Of a stretch of 64,000 bases of DNA, positions 26,641 to 39,832 are shown piece by piece. The notes under the pieces were generated by a model. The model searched no databases and was not told the origin of the DNA. It saw only the letters and a program-made list of their open reading frames with translations. A program made the translations under genes and the position numbers. Position 1 is the stretch's first letter, and each line of letters begins with the position of its first letter. Origin of the DNA: Octopus vulgaris (Eukaryota). The DNA lies in assembly GCA_951406725.2 (NCBI GenBank), contig OX597820.1:13950001-14014000 (forward strand), in the 5' to 3' direction.

Positions 26641-26949
26641 ATGACAAACATATCATAATCCAGAGCATTCAACTTTTATGAATGACAATATACTTAAAGT
26701 TGATCCAAAGCTTAAAATACACTTGAATTTAACGAATTACAATAATTAAATTAAATGGCAATGGCAAACGGGACAGATTTCCATTTTTGCTTTGCTGTCC
26801 TTTTTTTTATTAATAAACTTGCCATTCTGTTTCCTTGTTTTAATGCATTAAACTATGAAACTCGTCAGACGTTAATTGAGATTAATTATCATATTTCTCA
26901 TAAATAAAATAATTTAAACAGATCAGATAATTACTAATATATCATAAAC

Positions 26950-27300
26950 ATCCCCTCCTCTTCCTCTCCCTCCTCCTCCTCCTACAGCACTTCATCTTCC
27001 TTCTCTTCCACCTCTTCTGCCTCCTATTCTACCTCTTCTTCCTTCTCTTCCACCTCTTCTGCCTCCTCCACTTGCTCCTCTTCCTCCTCCCCTTCCATCT
27101 CCTCTTATACTTCCCCTCCTCCTCTACTCTCCTTTTCCCCTCCACCTCCACTTCCTCCTCCTCCCCCCTCCTCTAATCCTCCACTTCTACCTCTTCCACC
27201 TCCTCCTCTTTTCCCCCTTTGTCATTGCCATCATCATTATCGTCATCGTCATCCTCCTCTTCCTCCTCCTCCTCATCATCATCATCATCATTATCATCAT
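26950..27300. repeat. Pyrimidine-rich (CCT/CTT) and (CAT)n low-complexity tract
   Basis: Directly visible. Confidence 0.9.
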
Positions 27301-27509
27301 CAAGTGATGCTCTCACAGACACTAATAATGTTAGTCATTCTCATTAAATCCAGTCAGGTTTTCATTAAAACAGTTAAGTAATGTCCCTAATTCTGGACCA
27401 TTTCTGCATTAACCTTTTGCCATCAAACAGAATTATAGCAGAAATAACAAGTTTAAATTAACATGGCTTCATTTTCAGTGTCATACCACAGAATAAAACT
27501 TACGTTAAC

Positions 27510-27600
27510 CCAGGTTTTCTCAACTGCGGTTCCCTGGAACCCTAGGGTTCCAGAAAAGGTTCCTAGGGGTTCCATAAGAAAGAGTGAGATAAGCTAATGC
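27510..27600. mobile_element. hAT/Charlie-type MITE terminal fragment
   Basis: caggttttctcaac...ggttccctggaaccctagggttcc. Confidence 0.6.
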
Positions 27601-27789
27601 TGATTACAATATATGTATATATATTATAACAAATGTGGAATTTTACCAATAGAACTGCAACTCTTATTTCAGGATAACCTTATTGTTTGGAATACACATA
27701 GAAAGTTAAATCCAATAAAATAATATAAGCATTTAAAAAACCTACTATAAAATTCAATAAAAATATTTGAAAAAATCTATATAACTTAC

Positions 27790-27800
27790 CTGTTACTAGT
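27790..27800 (-). other. Candidate 11-nt microexon
   Basis: Minus strand reads attttctttcccccacAG-ACTAGTAACAG-GTAAGT: a strong acceptor and a consensus donor 11 nt apart. Confidence 0.35.
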
Positions 27801-28333
27801 CTGTGGGGGAAAGAAAATATTTTTAATCAATGCTACATATGTTTCTGCACTGGTGGGGAGTTTATAAAGACTATATCTAATACATAAATCCACCAGTGCG
27901 TCCTCAGGCTATTTATCTTATTATCATTATTATTAATGGATCAAAGTTAAAATACATATTATAAGTCATATTAAATAGAAAAATAAGAATATGAATACAA
28001 ATATAATAAAAATATATAAATTACAAATATATATTTTTTTAAAATTAAAAACTAAGCAAATAAAAACATTAAAAAATTAAACACATAAAATTACAATACC
28101 GATATATATATATAGAATATGCTAAGCCTAAAGAAAACCCTCAATGACTATATTATAAACATATTTGTATATAATGGAGAAATTGTACAAAATGTATAAG
28201 TGGATGATGAGTGGAGCACTGGCACAGTTTCGATTACCTGTTGTTATATGTAGATTTAATGCAGGAACTTCGTAGTGGTAGTTGGGGTAAGAGTATTAAT
28301 AAAATAGATAGAATGTGTAATAAACTTTATTGG

Positions 28334-28375
28334 GTACAACACATGTTTCGACCCGTTCTGGGTCTCTTCATGTAC
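28334..28375 (-). ncRNA. Degenerate minimal hammerhead (C3 changed to A)
   Basis: Minus strand: gtac ATGAAGA gaccc-agaac-gggtc GAAAC atgt GTT gtac, followed by aataaa. Confidence 0.55.
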
Positions 28376-28680
28376 ATGAATAAAAAGTCTCACTAGAGAT
28401 TCCTTGAGTTGGCTTACGTATATATATATATAGATCCCCAATATATATATATATATTGGGGATTTGGTTTGCAAGATTTTTTATGTGAGTTCGTGTGTTA
28501 AAGCATATTCTGTTGTGTCTGGGGAGGGTCATTCTCTTTTAGTGCCTTATAATTTAACACACTCACCGGTAAAATTTCCACTCATTTACTTATTTATTTT
28601 TCTATATATAAAAGAATACACACACAAACACATACATATATGAATGTATATATATATATATATGTATATATCTATCTATC

Positions 28681-28736
<56 letters not shown>

Positions 28737-28881
28737 CTCTCTATATATATATATAAATATATATATATACATATATGTATGTATGTATGAATATTATTGT
28801 TTGTTTTTTATATTCAGCTATAATTAAAATTTTACATTAATCGTTTACTTCCGTAAAGTACAAATTTATTATTCTTAAAGC

Positions 28882-28990
28882 AGAATATTTTTTGACAGTG
28901 ACTTCGAAGCTTCAGCCAACCAAGCCATCATCTGACGATGGTTGATGGCTTCACTGACCAAAACTTCAAAGTCACTGTCAATTGTATTCT
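28882..28990. repeat. Fold-back inverted repeat around a decayed hammerhead core
   Basis: ttgacagtgacttcgaag pairs with cttcaaagtcactgtcaa (1 mismatch); inside, CTGACGA at 28932 ... AAAAC ttcaaa GTC. Confidence 0.8.
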
Positions 28991-28999
28991 TGTTTAAGA

Positions 29000-29196
29000 A
29001 AAATAAATATCTATCTATCTCTACATATATACATACATACATTTATAGATATACATATACACACACACACATATATATATGTATATACACACACATGTAT
29101 ATACACATATACATATATATATATATATACATAAACACACACATATATATATATATGTGTATATATATATACTATATATATATATGTATATATGTA

Positions 29197-29233
<37 letters not shown>

Positions 29234-29309
29234 GCATATGTATATATATATATGTGTGTTTATGTATGTGTGTGTATATATATATATGTATATGCATATG
29301 TATATATGC

Positions 29310-29360
<51 letters not shown>

Positions 29361-29476
29361 TGTATATGTACATATATATATATGTATATATATGTATATA
29401 CGTATGTATATATGCATGTGTATGTGTGTGTGTATGTATATATATGTATGTATACACACACGTGTACACATATCTA

Positions 29477-29530
<54 letters not shown>

Positions 29531-29876
29531 GATATATTAAAATGGTATATATCTATGTTGCTATATGACTGGTGTCTACTTTGGCTACATATACTGTCTA
29601 CTAAAAGCCGCCAAGTTCTATTCTTTTGTCTATTAATCCAGAAACTTCCTTTTTTTATTGTTGTTGTTGTTGTTGTTTCATTTGTTGCTTCCTTTTATTT
29701 GTTTCTTTATTTCATTGCATTTTACACTGTGGTTACTAGGCAACCGATAAATCAATGAATTGATCTATCTTTCCAATTGTCCACTCATTCAATGGTTTGT
29801 GCATCCATTCACCCTTCTGTTCTTACATCTGTCTATTTATTTATCTATCTATCTTTCTACCAACCTACCTACTTAC

Positions 29877-29933
<57 letters not shown>

Positions 29934-30017
29934 GGTCAGTCTATCAGTCTGTCTATCTGTCAGTCTATCTGTCTGTCTGTCCGTCTATCTATCTATCTAC
30001 TTACATATCTATCTATC

Positions 30018-30064
<47 letters not shown>

Positions 30065-30183
30065 CTATCTATCTAACTATCTATCTATCTATCTATCTAT
30101 CTATCTGTTTGTCTGTCTATCTATTTATTCATCTATCTTTCATCTGTCTCTCTCTCTCCATCCATTTATCTGTCTATCCATCC

Positions 30184-30238
<55 letters not shown>

Positions 30239-30306
30239 ACCTCTCTCTCTCTCCATCCATCCATCTACCTACTTATCTATTATCTATCTATGTATCCATC
30301 TATATG

Positions 30307-30379
<73 letters not shown>

Positions 30380-30600
30380 GTCTGTCTATCTACATATCTA
30401 TTTATCTATATGTCTATCTGCCCATCTATCTATTTATCTATCTATCTTTCATCTCTCTCTCTCTCTCTCCATCCATTTATCAATCTATCTATCTGCATGG
30501 TCTATCTATGCACCTCTGTCTTTCTCTCTTCCCACTTTGCTTCTGTATGTATATAGAATGGCAAGTTATTCAGTAGGTAGGTAGGTAGGTAGGGAGGTAG
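29000..30600. repeat. (TA)n, (TATC)n and (TC)n microsatellite block
   Basis: Directly visible. Confidence 0.95.
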
Positions 30601-30800
30601 GTAAGTGAGCAGGGTGGCAGACCCTACTCATATTGACAAACAGAAAGAAAAATAGACAGAATTTAGCTAAAGCCAAATGGTTCTATAAACATGTCTCCAT
30701 CTATAGCTTTATGAATGTTATATGTTAATATCTCTCTATATTATTCTTCCAAACCCATTTCTCTTTCTAATCCTCTTATCCTCCCCCTACAACCCACCTA

Positions 30801-30835
<35 letters not shown>

Positions 30836-31554
30836 GTATACATATAGGGTGCAGGCATGGCTGTGTGGTAAGAAGCCTACTTTCTAACCCCATGGTTCCG
30901 GGTTCAGTCCCACTGCATGGCACCTTGGGCAAGTGTCTTCTGCTATGACCTCAGGCTGACCAAAGCCTCATGAGTGGATTTGGTAGATGGAAACTGAAAG
31001 TGACCATCACTACATGTTCTTCACTATGAAGAACATGTAGATACATGCAGGTTAACATATATAATGCATTAAGATGAACCATAACCTTTGATCCATTGAA
31101 CTTAACCCCTTAATGAAAAGAAAAATTAACATTAATGACAATTATTTTTCAAAAAGAACAGGGGAGTGAACTTTGAAATTTAACTTGAGTAAAAATTTAT
31201 TAGTTATGCTGTGTGAGTTTGCTCCCTTGTCTTCTGTGAAAAATTGTCATTAATCGTAATAACTTGTTTTTTGTATGTTATGAGTTTAATTTGAGATGAT
31301 TCTATACTGCTGGTGACTCTGTAGTACTGTCTCAGATAGTGTTGTAGGACTAACTACAGTATTGTCTTCTAATAAGTAATATGTGCTACATTACTATCTT
31401 CAATACTGTTGTGTGACCCATAGTGTGATGTTTTATAATGTTGTACACAGACACATACAAACACACACCATGATCATCATGATCATTATGACCCTCATGT
31501 AACATGTTTTTCATGCTGGCATGGGTTGGACACCATCAATAAACATATGGTTCT

Positions 31555-31767
31555 CTTTTACTCTTTTACTCGTTTCAGTCATTTGACTGTGGCCATGCTG
31601 GAGCACCGCCTTTAGTCGAGCAAATTGACCCCAGGACTTATTCTTTGTAAGCCTAGTACTTATTCTATCGGTCTCTTTTGCTGAACCGCGAAGTTACGGG
31701 GACATACGCACACCAGCATCAGTTGTCAAGCGATGTTGGGGGGACAAACACAGACACACAAACATAT

Positions 31768-31812
<45 letters not shown>

Positions 31813-31974
31813 ATGGGATTCTTTCAGTTTCTGTTTACCAAATCCACTCACAAGGCTTTGGTCGCCCCAAGGCTATAGTAGAAGACACTTGCCCGAGGTG
31901 CCACACAGTGGGACTGAACCTGGAACCATGTGGTTTGTAAGCAAGCTACTTACCACACAGCCACTCCTACGCCT
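31555..31974 (-). mobile_element. SINE family A, full length
   Basis: Matches the consensus. Confidence 0.92.
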
Positions 31975-32287
31975 ATAATACGCATTTATATTATGCAGAT
32001 ATATATAACATATACGGATAATATATACACATATACATAAGAATAACATAGACATACAGACAGGCATACACACACACACACACACACACGCACATCATGA
32101 TCATCATGATCCTCATCATCATCATGTTCATCATTTAACGTCTGTTTTCCATGCTGGCATGGGTTGGACACTATCAATAAACATATATTACAATAATATT
32201 ATGCAAATATGTATAACATATACACATAATATATGCACATATAGATATGAATAACATAGACAGACAGATACACACACACACAGAGTT

Positions 32288-32323
<36 letters not shown>

Positions 32324-32469
32324 GCATATACTCAGAAAGAGAGTTAAAGACACCATTGAAGGTTAAAAACTCAATAGATTCTAGACAGGTTTCGATTGTT
32401 ATATAATCTTGGGAAGAGAAAAGGAATCACGTCTGCAGAGTCTTGGAGCATTCTACAGCAAATAACCTC

Positions 32470-34310
32470 CCTCACACACACACATTCATACATACACACG
32501 CATTCACATCTACATTACACATACGTACGCATACATACATATACACTTATATATACACACCTATAAACAGGTAGAGATATACATACCTGACAAGGATACG
32601 GATACACAAACATAAATGGACATACACACACACACACACACAAACATACATTTTGGACAGTTATACATACGTACTCCGTAAGCTCATAAATACACCAGTA
32701 CAACTGGACACACTCACACACAGACATACACATACACACACGTACACACATATACATATTATACAAGCGCATAGACACAGAAAGATAAATGTACACAAGG
32801 ACACACACACATACATACATACATACATACATACACACACATACATACATGCATACATACATACATACATGCATACACACATACATACACACATACATAC
32901 ACACTTACATACACACATACATACATACATACATACATACATGCATACATACATACATACACTCACACACCTACATACATACATGCATACATACATACAT
33001 GCATACACACATACATACACACATACATACATACATGCATACACACATACATACATACATACATACATGCATACATACATACATACACTCACACACATAC
33101 ATGCATACATACATACATACATACATACATACATACACACACGCACATACATACATGCATGCATACATCCAGATGGACATACATACACTGGGTATTCTGT
33201 CATCTCCTCTGCATACATACATATAAATATACATATATATACATACATATATACACACAAATCTGCACATGCATACACATATACATACCTGCATACATGC
33301 ACTTATATATATACACAGATGTAAATTGACCACAGACATACGTATGCACACACATATATATATATCTATACTGTACCAGCACACATACACAAAGATAAGT
33401 GGACATACACACACACAGACACACACATGCATGCACACATCCAAACACACACACACATTCATACATGCATACATACATACATACATGCATACATTTATAT
33501 ATACGCATACATATACAAACATATACATATACATTTATATATACACATACATACATGCACACATTCAAACACACACACACATTCATACATGCATACATTT
33601 ATATATACACATAAATATACAAATATATACATATACATTTATATATACACATACATACATGCACACATTCAAACACACACACATTCATACATGCATACAT
33701 TTATGTATACACATACATATACAAACATATACATATACATTTATATATACACATACATACATGCACACATTCAAACACACACACACATTCATACATGCAT
33801 ACATTTATATATACACATACATATACAAACATATACATATACATTTATATATACACATACATACATGCACACATTCAAACACACACACACATTCATACAT
33901 GCATACATTTATATATACACATACATATACAAACATATACATATACATTTATATATACACATACATACATGCACACATTCAAACACACACACAGATTCAT
34001 ACATGCATACATTTATATATACACATAAATAGACAAACATATACATATACATTTATGTATACACATACATATACAAACATATACATATACCTTTATACAT
34101 ACACATACATATACATATACCTTTATACATACACATACATATACCTTTATACATACACATACATATACGTACATATACATACACATACATATACATACAT
34201 ATACAAACATATACATACTTGATACAAACATATACATACTCCACATACACACGCACACTCACACACAAACACACACACAAACACACTGACACACTCACAT
34301 ACACGCACAG
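32470..34310. repeat. (CATA/CA) block containing an ~86-bp minisatellite (~7 copies, ~33430-34080)
   Basis: Unit catgcacacattcaaacacacacacattcatacatgcatacatttatatatacacatacatatacaaacatatacatatacattt is repeated. Confidence 0.92.
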
Positions 34311-34789
34311 AAGCTGAGATGTTTCTTGCAATCTCTTGTCTTGAAGAATGATACTTCCATGAGAAGAATCCTGTGTGTGATTAATGCAGAATGATTACAG
34401 TCCTGGACATCCTTTATGCTTGAAGAAAAATATTGGTCTTGGCCTCCCAGTTAGATGTTCCATGTAGATGTTCTTGTTGTTATTGTTGTCGTGTCATCCT
34501 GAGTCATTCCTGACCAAGCAATCTTGTGATCAAAGAATTCCCCCTTTTTACGACCAGTCTTTTTTTTTTTCTCCTTTCATAGACATATTATACTGAAGAC
34601 TGTAGATACCTCATTTTCTTTGCAGTATAATTTGAGGATGATTTCGTTGCTATTTTCAGCAGGTCAATCAATGACATATCTGTTACTTCATTTACTTATA
34701 GTTTAATGTTGCCGTTGTAGTTATTTATGCTGTGGGTCATCCGTTTGTGTGCTGACCCTAGCATTGAACTCACAAGAAAATAAAATGTG

Positions 34790-34960
34790 TATGATGTGGT
34801 ATCAAAAAGTTCCAGGTCTAGTTCTGTAGCACACCAACAGATGGCAGCACATGGTTGCACGTGCAGTGAGAGCTAGCAGTGACCTTTATAAAGCAGTGGG
34901 CCTAGTGACATTGCTGTGTTTACTTTTCAAGTTGTGAAATTTGTGTTTTTGTGATCATGT
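34790..34960 (+). mobile_element. Mariner-type left-end fragment truncated by a SINE A head
   Basis: tatgatgtggtatcaaaaagttccagg...; the downstream gtgatcat segment parallels the 3832 element. Confidence 0.6.
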
Positions 34961-35142
34961 GGTGCAGGAGTGGTTGTGTAGTAAGTAGCTTGCTTACGAA
35001 CCACATGGTTCTGGGTTCAGTCCCACTGTGTGGTACCTTGGGCAAGTGTCTTCTACTATAGCCTCGGATCGACCAAAGCGCTCAGTAGTGAAGTGAAAGC
35101 ATGTTATAAAAATTAGACTACTGAATAATTATAATGATGATG

Positions 35143-35190
<48 letters not shown>

Positions 35191-35597
35191 GATTCAAATT
35201 TTGCCACAAGGGCAACAATTTTGGGGGAAAGGGATGAGTCAATTATATTGACCCCAGTGTTCAACTGGTACTTATTTTATTGACCCAGAAATGAAGAAAG
35301 CAAAAGTCAACCTTGGTGGAATTTGAACTCAGAACGTAGCGACAGGTGAAATACTGGTAAGCATTTTGTCCTGTGCACAAACGATTCTGCCAGCTCGCTA
35401 CCTTCCAACAACAACAACAACAACAACAATAATAATAATAATAATGATGATGATGATGATGATGAAAACACCTTTTATTGGCCACAAGGGCTCACATACA
35501 AAACATTAAAAGACACACAACATAAAATACAAAAACAGGACATTAAAATGGGTTTTACCGTGTGTACATAATATAATATGAGTAAAAATTAAACAAA

Positions 35598-35986
35598 TAG
35601 GAGTGGCTGTGTGGTAAGTAGCTTGCTTACGAACCACATGGTTCCAGGTTCAGTCCCACTGCATGGGACTGAAGTGTCTTCTACTATAGCCTCGGGCTGA
35701 CCAAAGCCTTGTGAGTGGATTTAGTAGACGGAAACTGAAAGAAGCCCATCTTATATATGTATAATATATATGTATGTGTGTGTATATGTTTGTGTGTCTG
35801 TGTTTGTCCCCCCAACATTGCTTGACAACCGATGCTGGTGTGTTTACGTCCCTGTAACTTAGTGGTTTGGCAAAAGAGAATAAGTACTAGGCTTACAAAA
35901 GAATAAATCTTGGGGTCAATTTGCTCGACTAAAGGCAGTGCTCCAGCATGGCCACAGTCAAATGACTGAAACAAGTAAAAGAGTAA
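35598..35986 (+). mobile_element. SINE family A
   Basis: Matches the consensus. Confidence 0.9.
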
Positions 35987-36629
35987 ATTAAAACTCCCAA
36001 TAGGGGAGGCACTTTAAGGTCATTGTGGAAAACCCCGCAAAAGCCACAGATACAAGAACAACAGAGCAAGAGCCCTTCTCCTTTTTTTTAACAGATGCAT
36101 GCTCAGAATTAGTCCCTTCACACTGGGACATTCTTCCAGCATCCACCGACCTTTAAACAAACTTGCTAACAGCAACCGCAATGATAATACAAAGATAGTT
36201 GTAATTGTTGATTAGGTGTCAGTGCTCTGGCTAAAAGGCTGGCAATTTGAAAATTAACATTAGCATTGCTGTGTATCCATTATGAGCTAACTCCTAAATG
36301 CTTAACTCTTAAATGCTCGTTGCGTTTCGTCGTTAGTAATTACTATAAACGAGAACAACTCAACTGTTAGAACAAACAGTGAATTACTATTGTATAACTT
36401 ATTAATCTTTTCATTAGCTTAGAGTGGTTAGCTCATTATTTTTCTATGATATGAGCTCCGTCAACTTATTGTATCTTGGCTTTGCAATTGTATGGTTTCA
36501 GGTTCCGTCCCTTTGTGTGTGACATTTTTGACAAATGTTTTCTAAACCCCTGCCCCACTCTGCTGACCAGAGCCTTGTCAGAGGATTTGGTGGATGGAAA
36601 CTGGAAGAAGACTATTTTCTCTGTGTGGT

Positions 36630-36677
<48 letters not shown>

Positions 36678-36685
36678 TAAATATG

Positions 36686-37293
36686 TATACAAAATTAAGA
36701 GGAATGAGCACTAAAGTGGACACCTAATATGCTAAACATAGATGTCAAATCACCACAAAGAGTGTGTTCTCAAGAAAAATCTCAGCAAAGCGCCAAAATG
36801 TAAAAATGAGCAAGACAAATGGAAATATATGAAATAAAAGATGATTACCTACATACCATGGTTTCATTTGTTAATATCTATGTATACAAACATGCAGATA
36901 TCTGCAAGATCGTCAGCGTAGTCTGTTGCTCAGCACGCCAAAGTGAAAACATTTGAAAAATACACCCAAATATAATTTGTAGAACTTTATATATACTCTA
37001 TTTTGATTAAGTGTCCTATATCTAGTTCTGGAAATTATGTTTTGTAAGCGACAGACTACGCTGACGATCTTGCAGATATCTGCGTGTTTGCATACATAGA
37101 TATTAAGAAATGAAACCATGGTATGTAGGTAATCATTTTTATTTCGTATATTTTCATTTGTCTTGCTCATTGGCATTTTGGCATTTTGCTGAGATTTTTC
37201 TTGAGAACACATTCTTTGTGGTAATGACGATTTGACGTCTATGTTTAGCATATAGGGTGTCCACTTTAGTGGTCACTCCTCTTAATTTTGTAT
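36686..37293. mobile_element. Inverted repeat (~245-bp arms), each arm carrying a hammerhead core; Penelope-like inverted pseudo-LTR
   Basis: 36686-36930 is approximately the reverse complement of 37047-37293. ctacg CTGACGA...GAAAC CATG GTA tgtag at 37056-37128 (+) and 36849-36921 (-). Confidence 0.8.
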
Positions 37294-37407
37294 GTCACAC
37301 AATTTTTAATCTTTGAATTTTTTAAATATGCTACACCACTAGTTTTAATTGATTAATATCAATTTCTACCCTTATTTAATTTTAAATATAAATATGTAGA
37401 TATAGAT

Positions 37408-37891
37408 ACAGGAGCAGCTGTGTGGTAAGTAGCTTGCTTACCAGCCTCATGGTTCCTGGTTCAGTCCTACTGTGGTGTAGGTGTGTTTATGTCACTGTAA
37501 CTTAGCAATTTGGCAAAAGAGGTTTATAGGGTTACCCTGGCTGTTTTTTATGTGGCACCAATGGCAGTGAGGTCACCATGTAACCTGCAAGACATAAATA
37601 TCCAGAAATATATATATATATTAATCTTCTATTTTTATCTTTTGCTTGTTTCAGTCATTCAACTGTGGTCATGCTGGGGCACTGCCTTCAATTTTTAGTT
37701 GAATGAATCGACCCCAGCACTTATTTTTTAAGCTTGTTATTTATTTTATCAGCCTCTTTTGCCAAACTGCTAAGTTATAGTGACGTAAACACACCAACAC
37801 CAGTTATCAAGTAGCGGTGGAGGGACAAACACAAACACATATAGATATACATACATATATATATACACACACACACACATATAATATATGT

Positions 37892-37924
<33 letters not shown>

Positions 37925-38209
37925 CATATATACAACGGGCTTCTTTCAGTTTCTGTCAACCAAATCTGCTCACAAGGCTTTGGTTGGCCTGAAGCTAATG
38001 TAGAAGACACTTGCCCATGGTGCCATGCAGTGGGACTGAACCCAGAACTATGTGGTTGGTAAGCAAGCTACTTACCACACAGCCACGCCTGCACCTATGT
38101 GTGTGTGCATGTGTGTGTTTACATGGTTTCAGGGTTCAGTCCCATTGCATGACACCTTGGGCAAGTGTCTTCTACATTAGCTTCAGGCCGACCAAAGCCT
38201 TGTAAGCAG

Positions 38210-38259
<50 letters not shown>

Positions 38260-38670
38260 AACTATGTATATCTATCTATGTGTGTTTGTGTTTGTTCCTC
38301 CACCACTGCTTGACAACCAGTGTTGGTGGGTTTACATCACTGTAACTTAGCGGTGCCCCAGAAAGGCTGCAGTCTAATGACTGAAACAAGCAAAAGATAA
38401 AAATAGAAGATAGAGACATATTTATGGATATTTGTGTCTTGCAGGTTAGATGGTGACCTCACTGCTGTTGGTGCCGCATAAAAAGCAGCCAGAATAGTAC
38501 ACTCAGTAATGTGTTTGGTGTTAGGAAGCACATCCAGCCATAGAAACTATGCCAAGACAAACAGCAGAGCTTGGTGCAGTCCTCTGGCCTGTCAGCTCCA
38601 GTCAGGCCATTCAACTTATGGCAGCATGGAAAACAGATGTTAAATGATGAGAATAATTACAATGAGGATG
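37408..38670. mobile_element. Scrambled cluster of SINE A and RTE-tail fragments with a local inverted duplication
   Basis: SINE A on minus at 37625-38095 and on plus at 38120-38400; 37538-37682 is inverted relative to 38353-38491. Confidence 0.8.
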
Positions 38671-38804
38671 AGATATATATATATATTCAAAGAATCAAAA
38701 CAAAACAGACCTATACTGCAACACCACGATGAATCAATATTGAAAATAATGCATACATCTCTCTCTCTCTCTTTCTCTTTATATATATATATATATATGT
38801 GTGT

Positions 38805-39419
38805 AAACGTAAAAAAATACAAACTGGGACAAGAACGTGAAACACCCAGAAGACGATACAAAAAACACGGATGGGACATTTGAAGCCTTCAATCCCCAGT
38901 CAAGAAACGGACCATCCCCGCAACTTCGGCCGACCAATCTTGAGATTGCTCCAATCTGGCCAGCCCCAAAGGAAAATCTAAGCCAAGCGCACCAGATTCC
39001 CCGGAAGAAAGCCCCGAATGTACACAAAACAAGGACGGAAAACCGGACGATGCCACACGAATAAAAATTCAAAAACACGTAAAAACAATAATGATAACAC
39101 GAATAAGAATACAAAATACGCAAAAACAAAATGATAATAATAATAACAAAAACAGTACGTCACAGACAAGCGTCTTTTCAACAGGACGAGTAAATTTTTT
39201 GAGCTGGCGTTAGAAGAAAGCCTTAGGGCTACAGAGAGACAAAAAATTGTGTCTTGCCGCAACGGCTGCTGGACACGAAAGGCCAGCAATCGGTTGGCTA
39301 GTCACATGTGAGGGAAAGAGAGAGGAAAAGAGGGACAGATGAAGAAAGAAAGAAGGGGAACAAGGAACAAAGGAGGAGAAGAGAGAGAGAGAAAGAGACA
39401 GATCAAAGTGGAGTGCAAA

Positions 39420-39420
<1 letters not shown>
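38805..39420 (-). repeat. Longest copy of unclassified dispersed repeat family R
   Basis: Homologous to 12820-13112 and 22130-22290; flanked by (TA)n. Confidence 0.75.
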
Positions 39421-39465
<45 letters not shown>

Positions 39466-39560
39466 ACATATAAATACATATATATATATATATAAATTAT
39501 TTCGTAATGAGATAAAAAAAACCAAGGCTGTGTAGATTTTAGAACATTTATAGATAGAAG

Positions 39561-39608
39561 GTCTTACAGCTGTTTCCAGGATATTTGTTATATCCCTTCA
39601 TCAGAGAC
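39561..39608 (-). ncRNA. Minimal type I hammerhead ribozyme with intact core
   Basis: Minus strand: gtct CTGATGA agggatat-aacaa-atatcctg GAAAC AGCT GTA agac; stem III is the palindrome ACAGCTGT. Confidence 0.75.
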
Positions 39609-39832
39609 GGTGTGAGAGGATGGTTAAGAAATAGTTAATTTAGATAAGATACGAGATAGAGAGTGAGGTGGAAGAAATAAAAGAAAATCGATGTGAGATA
39701 TTTAGGCATATTGCATTTGTAGATCCATTTTTTAGGCAGAATGGTATACATATAATATTCAAATACCTTATGAGTAAAATCCAATAGATTTTAAAATTGA
39801 TCATTCCAAGTGTGTGTGTGTATATATATATA

